Below are positions 53,379 through 64,000 of a stretch of 64,000 bases of DNA, piece by piece. The stretch spans positions 1,674,001 through 1,738,000 of the forward strand of contig NC_043004.1 in assembly GCF_006345805.1 (NCBI RefSeq), given 5' to 3'. Position numbers and translations under genes: made by a program. Below the pieces are notes generated by a model, which saw only the letters and a program-made list of their open reading frames with translations, searched no databases and was not told where the DNA came from. How positions within the stretch are numbered: the first letter of the stretch is position 1; each line of letters opens with the position of its first letter. Source of the stretch: Octopus sinensis (taxonomy: Eukaryota).

Positions 53379-53430
<52 letters not shown>

Positions 53431-53830
53431 ATGTGTGTGTGTGTGTGTAAATTTGTATGTGTGTCTGTGTTTGCCCCACCACCATTGTTTGACAACCTAT
53501 GTTGGTGTGTTTACATACCCGTAACTTAGTGGTTTCACAAAAGAGAGGGATCGAATAAGTACCAGGTTTACCAGGAATAAGTTCTGGGGTCGATTTGTTC
53601 GATTAAAGGTGGTGCTCCAACATGGCCGCAGTCAAATGACTGAAAGTTTTAAAGAGTATAATCTGTGTGCCGTAGAATTATAACTAATTTATTGCACATA
53701 AATAATTTTAATAACAAAACCTTATATAGACCCCTCCCTCCTCCAAAGGTTATGTGCTCTTTCCCCATACACACACACCTTGGGTCATATGGACCCCAAA
53801 GAGTCGTGTAGACCCTCGTTGAGAACCACT
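53091..53830. mobile_element. hAT-like MITE with nested S1 SINE
   Basis: Ends gtggtttctaac ... gttgagaaccact. Confidence 0.6.
53232..53660 (+). mobile_element. SINE S1, full length
   Basis: Head, CORE-like box, internal (TA)n(TG)n, tail. Confidence 0.88.
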
Positions 53831-54754
53831 TTTCGCATTCTTTTGTGAAACCAATCGTTCGTTTCCGGTTCTATCCGCATCTCGTTGCTTTTCAGGCGAC
53901 GGTATATACATCGGACATCTTAGTCGTGTCTTTGTTCTCCAATGACGATGATATAAATATTATTGCACATGTCTGTGATTTCTCTACCACAAACGCAATA
54001 TGTCCGAACATGAAATATATTGCAAATATTTAGATTTTAATATGTGTTTTGATTTTATTTTCATGTGCGTTTCGTCTGAACTCTATCGATAAATATTTCT
54101 ATATATTATTGCTATAAATTTGATATTTTTTCTCATCCATTGAGCCCTCTCAATACTTCGTAATCATGAAAAAATATTTTCTACAGAACTGAAGATATTT
54201 AATACACACACTCGCGCACGCACAGACAAACACACAAACACACACAGACACACACCTAAATGTGTGTGTATGCGTGTGTACGTGTGTAACAGAGCTGTAT
54301 ATATTTGAGTTTCCATATGTGTTAGGTTGCATTCGTTCATATAGCACACGGCTGACTGTCTGTTTTCTTTCCTCAAGCGTCTCTTGACCTTTCACAGCTG
54401 GCGCCTCCTTAGAAACCAGCCAAGCTTCTGATCAGCGTCCGGTCACCTAGAAAGATAGGCACATTTCTCGTGCCATTGGTATTCTATCGTGAAATCACAT
54501 CATAATCGATATAACCGATAGTACAATTGCAAAAAGTTGAAAAATCGATAGCCATCAACACTTTCTACAAGAATGATCAAACCTATTTGAGGTGTCAGAA
54601 TAAAAGAGGAGTGCGTGAGAGCGACAAAATGGTGAAAGGAAATTGAGAAATAGGATTATGTATAGCTGTGTGGTAGAAAGAAGAAGTGTGTAGATGAAAG
54701 TCAACATAAAAATGTGCGTGGTTCTGCATGAATGAGTCACGTTGTGCAATTACA

Positions 54755-54775
54755 GAGATAGATAGATAGATAGAC

Positions 54776-54851
<76 letters not shown>

Positions 54852-54877
54852 TGACAGATAGACAGATAGATAGATAG

Positions 54878-54932
<55 letters not shown>

Positions 54933-54990
54933 CAGATAGATATGTAAGCAGACAGGCAGGTAGGTAGCTATGCATATATATGTGTGAGTG

Positions 54991-55032
<42 letters not shown>
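54755..55032. repeat. (GATA)n and (CA)n microsatellites
   Basis: Direct reading. Confidence 0.95.
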
Positions 55033-55036
<4 letters not shown>

Positions 55037-55508
55037 TGTAGGGAGAGACAGAGACGGCCATTTGATGGAAATAACTGGAGAGGATACACGAGAAAGGTTG
55101 AGACACTGAAAGAATGTAATGAGATTATAAGAAGGAGGGTTGAAAGAGGGTATGTTTTTTGAAAGAGAGGGAAGGAGAGAGGGAGGGAGAGAAAGAAACG
55201 TTTTGGACTTGCAAAAGAAAAAGAGATAGAGAATGGGGAGAAAAACTTGTGTAGAAGAAAGAGGGAAAGAGAAATCTTTCGAGGAAGAGCTAAAGGGAGA
55301 ATTCGTAGAGTAGAAACGGACTAACAGGCGCGCACGGAACACGTGGGCACACACACACAATAACACACACGCACACATACAAGCATACACTAATACACAC
55401 ATGGAGAAACACACGCCTAAACACACGCCCAGTGAGGGAAACCGATTCATTGATGGATAGATGTATAAATATTGAGAAGGAAAGCCTATGAGAAGTAGGA
55501 TAGATAGG

Positions 55509-55573
<65 letters not shown>

Positions 55574-56309
55574 GAAGGAAGGAGAGAGATAAGCGTTGGG
55601 AGAAAGACAGATAAAGGAGAGAGACAGAACAGAGAGAGAGAGAATAAGAAGTTAAAAGAAGCAAATGGAAGCGTGTGTGATAGAAGCGGTATTTTTTCCT
55701 AATGGCAGTTTTATTCAACTTAATATTTCCACCTCCATTCCTTTAATATTAGCACTCCTTTCCTTTCACTTCCCTTTCTCTTTCCTTTCACTTCCCTTAT
55801 CATATTTTCCACCATATTTTTTTATGAAAAAAGGAATAAAAAAGACGCAATTTTTTTCTTTTTTTTTACACTCAACACCCGCACCGTCGCCTCCAACTCC
55901 ACCACCAGCATGGCCACTGTTTCCCTGTCCTCTTCCTTCTCGCATTACCACCTTATCTTCTCCTACCACCGCAACCACTATCGCTATCAGCCCATCATTC
56001 GTTTTCTATCTGGTCTCTCTTAACAACTTACTTTAGATTTTATTTGGTTTTGCTTTTTGTTTTGGATATTTTTCACCATTATTTTATTCTTGCTGTTGTT
56101 GTTGTTGTTGTTGCCTTCAACTATCATTCCTCCCTCTCCCACCTCCATCCTCCTCTTCCTCTCCACTCCACAACAGTAAAGGCGATCGAGTGAAGGACTT
56201 TAACGATAACCGGAAGCCAACTCGCTGATCTTGCGTGAACCATCGACAATTACTCCGCGTCTTTTGCACGGTCACAGAGCATCAGTTCTGTTTGTAATCG
56301 CGCCCCTAT

Positions 56310-56830
56310 CGCCACCAGAACCACCACCACCACCACCACCACCATCACCACCACCACCACCACCACCACCGTCTCAGCTGTTTCTTCTTTCGCCATCGAC
56401 ACCACCATCATTGTCATCACTAGCGCCACCTTCATCGTCAGACTCCGTCACCTCCATTATCATTGCTATTACAATACAGCCGCCATAACTACCATCATCG
56501 CCATCGCATTTAACACCATAAACGCCACCACAACAACAATACCATCAACACCACAACCACCATCACTACCAACTGCTACCACCACCACCACCACCACCAT
56601 CACCAGTACTCTTGTTGTTGCCAGCATCATCACTATCGCCGTCATCATAAATATCACCACCTCAACACCAGCATCGGCTCAACCCCACCTCGAAACCAGC
56701 ATCAACATCAGCATAACCACCGGCACCACTTCTCCCCCCTCCCACCGCCAACATCCTTATTACTTCCTCCACTCCCATTACCACCACAACCACCACCTCC
56801 ACCACAACCACCACCGCCACCACCATCAAA
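56310..56830. repeat. Degenerate (CAC/CAT)n low-complexity tract
   Basis: Direct reading; source of the poly-Pro/Val ORFs. Confidence 0.85.
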
Positions 56831-57335
56831 ATGAGGAAGGCTGCTGCTCTTGTCACAGCAACTCACACTGCCTCTCCACGACTCATTGACGAGACTGGAA
56901 ATGATAGCTGGCTAATATCGACGGCAGCTGCTGCGGCGGCGGCAGCAGCCGTGGTAGCGTCGGCAGCGGCGGTGGCATCGTCGGTGGCAGTGATGGCTTT
57001 ATTGTAGAATTGGTTGAAGTAACAAATGAAGTTGATAAAGGAGTAATTTCGAGCATCGAGTCAAAGTATGAATGCAATCTTAATGACTGTCGGCTTTCAG
57101 ACTAAACAAAACTATCAACTCAACTACCGACTTTTTCGAAGAATCAATCGGCGGCCTTCGGAAACACAGCAAAGATACTGTTCGACCGTGGTTACATTAG
57201 CTGCTTGCTTGTTTGCTGGTGGTGGAGGCGACGGGAGTGAGCGTGGCGGCGGCGTACATAAAAGTGAACCCTTAAAAAGTTCAGTTTGGAATAATAACTG
57301 AAATGGCTTGAAATGAAGCTCGCCTACTCACGCTG

Positions 57336-57383
<48 letters not shown>

Positions 57384-57507
57384 AGGTATGTAGAAAAATA
57401 CAACATGGACAAGAACGTATAACTCTTAGAAGACGATACAATAAACATGGACAGGACATTCGAACCCTCAGTCTTCAGTCAAGAACCGGATCATCGTATA
57501 ATTTCGG

Positions 57508-57544
<37 letters not shown>

Positions 57545-57893
57545 TCCCAGCCACGTGGTTCTCGGTTCAGTCACACTGCGTGACACCTTGGGCAAGTGTC
57601 TGCTAATATAGCCTCGAGCCGACCAAACTCTTGCGAGGGGTGTTTGGAAGGCGGAAACTGAAAGAAGCCCGCCATATTTATGCATTCTATTATTCTTTTA
57701 CTTGTTTCAGCCATTTGACTGCAGCCACGCTACAGCATCGTCTTAAGGGTTTTAGTCGAACACATCCACCCCAAGACTTATTTTTTGTTAGCCTAGTACT
57801 TATTCTATCGGCCCCTTATGCTGGTCCGCTAAATTGTGGAGAGGTAAACACACCAGCATCGATTGTCAAGCGAGTAGTGGTGAAGGACAAACG

Positions 57894-57925
<32 letters not shown>

Positions 57926-57963
57926 ATCATACATACATACATACATACATACATACATCTCTC

Positions 57964-57999
<36 letters not shown>

Positions 58000-58033
58000 A
58001 TCATACATACATACATACATACATACATCTCTC

Positions 58034-58098
<65 letters not shown>

Positions 58099-58142
58099 GA
58101 CGGGGTTCTTTCAGTTTTCGCCTACCAAATCCACTCACAAGG
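57545..58142. mobile_element. Two S1 SINE pieces in opposite orientation
   Basis: 57545-57672 (+, head part); 57690-58142 (-, tail plus microsatellite with a 72-bp tandem duplication). Confidence 0.8.
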
Positions 58143-58271
58143 ATATCCATATACATACGCGCGCGCGCGCGCACACACACACACACACATACTGAGATAA
58201 GTTTCGGGTAGTATCTGTCCACACCATGTCTAATTCATAGCAGCACTTGGAAAAGACATTTTATGACGTTT

Positions 58272-59228
58272 CATATTACACTCATTCTTTGGTCACTGCA
58301 ACCCGTTGGAGTAAATTGTTATTGATTGCAAATCTATATCCGAGTGTAGGTGGTTTACCTGGAATTTGTTGGAGAAATTCGGCAGGACCCGCTTGAATCT
58401 TACAAGATCTTTTTGTTTTCTGTATGTTTTGGCATGATGTTAAAGAAAGCAGGGCCAGTTGAGGTGAAATAACTGTTTTAGTGTTGTGAATGTAACGCGA
58501 GCGTGATTTTCGTAGACGACGGATGGCACGAAGACACCCTTGGGTGAACTTTGAGCTTGATGCCAATAAATCTTAGGCAATGCAGTTGGAATATAAGAAT
58601 ATTTTCTGCATCATATAAATGATATAGCGTTCTTGGCGGTGTTGAAGGGAGCAGAGTTTGAGTTTCTAGAGACGATCCCAATAATCATGATCTGTCATGT
58701 ATTTTTCTGCGATTGATCTCTGGGTTGATTCAGGTTTTATAATATTGTGCTTCGTGTAGGGAAACCAAACCAGGGCAAATAATGGTATTCAAGGTGAGTA
58801 TGGGCGAAAGTGGAGAAGAAAAAGATAATGATCAGAGCGTCTCTAGACCGAAAAGTACTGAGGATCCAGGAGCACGCCCTACGGGTCATATCGACTGTGC
58901 TATTCATACGAACACTTCAGACTAAGTTGTTGTCGACAGTTAGTCCGAGGTCCCTTGTGGTGTTTGGTGCCACGAGATTTTCGACCGAGAGTAAAGTGTA
59001 TGGCAGCTTAAATGAAGCCTCCTCACCAAAGCGGATTAATTCAAATGTATCCTCGCTTAGGAGCATATTGCGTTTTTGTATCCATTAGATTTTTCTTTTC
59101 GATTGGAAATTAGTCGGGTCCCCTACACTTTCGACGATCTTCAGAAGCTTAGAGCTATCAACAAAAATTTTAATGCTGCTGTGTTTGAGGGCATCAAGGA
59201 CGCCATCGATGTCAGCAATGATTTATTG
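58272..59228 (-). mobile_element. CR1/L2-group LINE ORF2 remnant
   Basis: IKIFVDSSKL, RDLGLTVDNNL, WILSTFRSRD, HLEY, YWDRL*KLKLCSLQHRQERYII, GPAFFNIMP, FLQQIPGKPPT. Confidence 0.85.
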
Positions 59229-59334
59229 CACTGTGACGAAAGCGGAGCGATATGGTAGGACATGTGACAAAAATGGTTGCGAATTTTGATATGTAACGTT
59301 ATAACGTACCATTCTAATAAAGGTATAACGATTG

Positions 59335-59892
59335 AAAATTTGGGGACCGGGGAAAAGTCGATTACATCGACAACAGTACGCAACTGGTTCTTACTTTATC
59401 GGCCCCTAAAGACTGAGGGGAAAAGTCGACGGGATTCGAACTCCGCTTAGCATTTTGTGCGGCTTACCAACGATTCTTCCAGCTCACCACTCTATGTGAC
59501 ATAGTAATGGGGTCGATCTAATCGACTCATCTACACCTTCTTGTGGCAAAAATTTGAAATAATTATTGTCACGTAAGGCAAAAATCATTAGAACGCCGGA
59601 CAAAATGTTTAGCCACATTTCGTCCGTCTTTACGTTCTCAGTTCGAATTCCACCGAGGTCAATTTTCCTTTCCTCTTATCGGGTCAATGAAATAAGTCCC
59701 AGCCGTGTACTTGGGTCGATATGATCGAATTACCCCTCCTCGAAACTGCTGGCCTTGTGCCAAAAGTTGAATCCATTACTATGTCACATAAAGTGGTGAA
59801 CCGAGAGAATCGTTGGTAAGCCGCACAAAATGCTAAGCGGAGTTCGAATCCCATCGACTTTTCCCCTCAATCTTTCGGGGCCGATAAAGTAA
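59335..59892. mobile_element. S2 SINE cluster with local inverted duplication
   Basis: 59390-59510 is inverted at 59773-59892, with a + strand S2 copy between. Confidence 0.8.
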
Positions 59893-60050
59893 ATGACTAA
59901 AACAAATAAGAAAATAATAGAATTCTGAAAGTACAACCAATTTATTCCACATAAATTTTATTGACAAAATCTTATTAAGGGCCTCCAGTGGTGATACGGA
60001 CCCCGATTAAGGACCACTGTTCAAAATAAATAAGAAGTATTATATTAATT

Positions 60051-60267
60051 TTGCGGCAGACGAAATACGGCTAAGCCGGGCGAAATGCTTAGCCGTATTT
60101 CGTCTGCCGCAACGTTCTGGGTTCAAATTCCGTCGAGGTCGACTTTGCCTTTTATCCTTTCGGGGTCGATTAAATAAGTACCAGTTACGCACTAGGGTCG
60201 ATATAATCGACTTAATCCGTTTGTCTTCTCTGTGTTTAGCCCCTTGTGGGTAGTAAAGAAATAGGTA
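60051..60267 (+). mobile_element. S2 SINE with 5' inversion hairpin
   Basis: 26-bp perfect inverted repeat at the 5' end, followed by the normal S2 body. Confidence 0.88.
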
Positions 60268-60917
60268 TATCTTATGCGGCAGTTAATTAATGAACGTACT
60301 AAGAGATAAATATAATTCTTTGTCAGTTTAATTAATGCGTAATACAATAGTAAGTTTTTTTGTTGTGTTTTGTTTTTTTATTAATTAAAAGGTAAAGCAT
60401 ACTTCCACTGAACATACAAATTTAACTGACCTGTATTAATAAAATGATTCCACTGCAAGTCTGATCTGTTTGCCTTGTAAAATCCGGGGACCAATGTGAC
60501 TAGTTTCCAGTTTTCTTAAGCTTTCGTCAGTCATAATCCCTCCGTTCAATGAAAACAGATATTAATCTAAAGGTAACAGGGGTGGGTGTTTGAACATTCT
60601 GTGTTGTGAGTTGTTGGGACATGGGGGCAATACCATTGCGTTGGTTTGAGAGTCTTAGTGTGCCATTAGTGGAGTTTACTTTGCGGTAACCAATTTGGCC
60701 GGGTCACGAGTTTGACAGTTACTACGTCCCTCTGTTTTACTACCATCCAGGGAGGATTTGAAAGAAAAACGATCATTGGAGCTGCTGTCTTATTTATGGA
60801 ACTAATATATAAAGCCCATTATTTAATGTGTCATTCCATTATTAGAAATTGTAAGGAGCGCCTTGTGAGAGATTTTGCTACTATTTCAAGCAGGTCTCTT
60901 ACTAGCTCAAAGTGTTA

Positions 60918-61302
60918 TTCTTTTCTACTCTAGGCACAAAGCCAGAAATTTTTGGGGAGAGGCCAGTCGATTAGATCGATTCCAGTACGCAACTGGTACT
61001 TAATTTATCGACCCCGAAAGGATGAAAGGAGAAATCGACCCCGGCGGAATTTGAACTCAGAACGTACAGACAGACGAAATACCTATTTCTTTACTACCCA
61101 CAAGGGGCTAAACACAAAAGGGACGAACAAGGACAGACAAACGGATTAAGTCGATTATATCGACCCCAGTGCGTAACTGGTACTTAATTTATCGACCCCG
61201 AAAGGATGAAAGGCAAAGTAGACCTCGGCGGAATTTGAACTCAGAACGTAAAGACAGACGAAATACGGCTACGCATTTCGCCCGGCGTGCTAACGTTTCT
61301 GC
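60918..61302 (-). mobile_element. Dimeric S2 SINE
   Basis: Two tandem units, same layout as 12858-13240. Confidence 0.88.
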
Positions 61303-63072
61303 TCTAGTTCCAGGTGTTATTGTATCTTGTCACAGGACAACGTTGATGATATGAGATAACTCATAAGGGACTAATTTCTCTATGTATCTTGAACTACAAT
61401 GTCTAATGCGTACTTCAGTTTAAAAGATAGTCAAGACTGAGTTATATTGAGGGTTTTATTGAACTGCTTTGCGCGAAAATAAAGCAACTACTTTCAGGCT
61501 ATTTTCTTCCCTCGAATAAATACCACTGGTGTATACAGTCTCCATTTCATCGACTGTATCCCTCACCCAATAACTTAAGGCTTTCTACTAATATAAAATA
61601 TGAAGGTTCCCCTCGTGTCACTCTGATCCTTTTTGCCTTTTTTTTTTTCATGCATTTTGTTCCACCTCCCTCTTTGTTTTCCATTTCTTATATAATCGCT
61701 CTTTTTTTATATTTTTACTCCGATTTATCACTCATTCTCCTTAGCATAATCTTTTCACCTCCGCCTTCTTCTCCTCGCTCTCTCCGGAGATATATCACTC
61801 TGCTCCCCTCCTTCTCTCCCCTTCTCCCTTCTGTACACATGTATACACATATGTGGAGGATTTTTCGCCCATCTAATCTTATTCTTATTTTCTATGTCGT
61901 TTTTGTTCCACGACGAAAACGACTACCACCATCACCACCACAACCACCATCACCGCCATCACCGCCCACAAAAACAACACCACCTCCACTACAGCCCCTA
62001 CCGTCACATATCGTAACGCTCCCTTTCTTTTTTTATTTTCGTTTCGGTTCGATACACTTGATTGAATCGACTATTGGTGACAGTTCTTTTTCTTTTTGTT
62101 TCTCTTTGTATAATTTTGGCCCTTTGTTTTGTTATATTATTAAAAATATATATGTTTGCGTATGTTTTTTTTCTTCGAAGGGGTAACATGCTGGGAGATG
62201 TGGGCGAGGTATTATTGTTACGGTTTTAACGTGGCCACATCAACAATAAAGCCCGCTCCGTTGCTTCACGTTCCAGTTGCGTTCAGTAGCGCCAAGAAAA
62301 CTTTCAAGAAACAAGAAAAGGAAAAAAATAAATAAATGTGTAAAAAAAAAAAATTAAAAGAAATCAAGAAACACACAGACACACATACACACATTCATGC
62401 ATGCAAACACACAGACACACATACACACATTCATGCATGCAAACACACAGAAACACGAAGCACACACACTCGGAGCATAGCAGATGTAAGAAGAAGGGGA
62501 AAGAACCAAGCTGTTATAGAGAGAGAGAGAGAGAAGAACGGCACCAACGTATAAAGCGATAGGAAAGTCTTTAGACAAGAAAAGGGCCAACGGAAATTAA
62601 AAGATTAGAAAGAAGGCATAAAAAGAACAAGAAGGAAGAACAAGAAGCAAAGAATAACGAAGTAACAGATGAAAAAAAAAGTCACAAAACGAGACAAAAA
62701 CCATGGAGCGGATACTATCTTTTAGTCTTTCTCTCTGCCTCTCCGTATCCCTTGCCTTCTTTTCTCTCTCTCTCTCCCCCACACCCCCGCTTCTTCTCTC
62801 CTCTCATATCTTTCTTTTTTTTTTCTCTTTGTCTTACAAGTGTGGAAAATTAAATGCAGATAAAGGAAATCAAAACAAAATCCCTAAATTTCTTTCTCAC
62901 CCTTTCTCCCGTTTTTTTTTTCACCTTTTTTTCCCTCCCAAACTCTTCATCACTCCATTGCTCTCGCAGTTTCGATCCCTTTCTCCTTTTTCCTTTCACT
63001 CAATCGCACCCCCCACCTTCACACACTTCGTTCTGCGTCGACCTCTGCCAGTTTTCATATCATTTCACTTTA

Positions 63073-63120
<48 letters not shown>

Positions 63121-63221
63121 CCCCTCTCTCTCTCTCTCTTATACACGAATTTTGCTTCGTTATATCCACACCTCTCAATGTCTATCATGCTGTTCTTTTT
63201 GTCATTCTCTACCGCACATCA

Positions 63222-63787
63222 CATATATATACATATATACATACATACATATATATATAATACAACATACATAATACATATATATGCATATATATAATAT
63301 ATTTATACTATACATTATATATAACATAATAATATATATATACATATATATATATGTATATATATTACATACGTATATATATTATATATAGATCTAATAT
63401 ATATAATATATATAATATATATATACACACACACATATATATATATATAATACATATATACATATAGATACACATACAACCATATATATATATATATATA
63501 TATTCTATATCTATATATATATGTATATATATAATATATATTATACATATGTATATATGTATGCATGCATGTATGTATGTATGTATGTATGTATGTATGT
63601 AGATGTGTATGTATGTTATGCTTGTGTGTATGTATGTATGTATTGTATAATATGTATGTTGTATGTATGTATGTATGTATGTATGTATATATGTATGTAT
63701 GTATGTATTATGTAGTATTTATGTATGTATTTGCATGGATGTATGCTAGTGTGTGTGTAATGTATATATATATATATATATATATAG
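63222..63787. repeat. (TA)n/(TATG)n low-complexity block
   Basis: Direct reading. Confidence 0.95.
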
Positions 63788-64000
63788 GTACGTAGGTAGA
63801 CATCGCGCTCCTGAAATTTCACTGATGCTCTGTGTGACAAAACTGAACTGAAATGTGTCATCATAGAGCCCCTGTCGGTGTTGTTGCTGTTGTTGTTGTT
63901 GTTGCTGTTGCAACTGTTCATCGAGATGCTGATGAGTGATGGCTCCTGCAGTAGCTATTACAGTTATTGTTGTTGCTGTAGTCTGGACTTTTCTTGTTGT

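Noticed and set aside
56231-57110. Pro-, Ala- or Gly-rich ORFs suggesting a low-complexity protein exon
   Set aside because: Degenerate CAC/GGC repeats with stops and no consistent frame or domain.

Overview
AT-rich, microsatellite-saturated animal genomic DNA, probably intronic or intergenic. The SINE repertoire and repeat landscape point to an octopus or other coleoid cephalopod (inferred from memory of these families, not from a search). No host protein-coding gene can be called with confidence, and nearly all long ORFs in the track are translations of (TA)n, (CA)n, (GATA)n or trinucleotide repeats. The window holds decayed mobile elements: four R4/Dong-like RLE LINE segments, all on the + strand and ending in trinucleotide repeats; CR1/L2-group LINE fragments; a Tx1/L1-like 3' end embedded in (TATC)n; two Penelope-like (GIY-YIG) element remnants; mariner relics and MITEs; and many tRNA-derived SINEs. 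The most notable signal is RNA-structural. About ten hammerhead ribozyme (HHR) motifs, intact or decayed, can be read by eye in Penelope-type terminal repeats. They include two long palindromes carrying an HHR on each strand, a C3U/G8A core variant, and a short element joining a tRNA-derived Pol III head to an HHR-bearing tail through a (TAA)n linker. All calls were made by eye; element boundaries are approximate (about 10-30 bp), while motif coordinates are closer.
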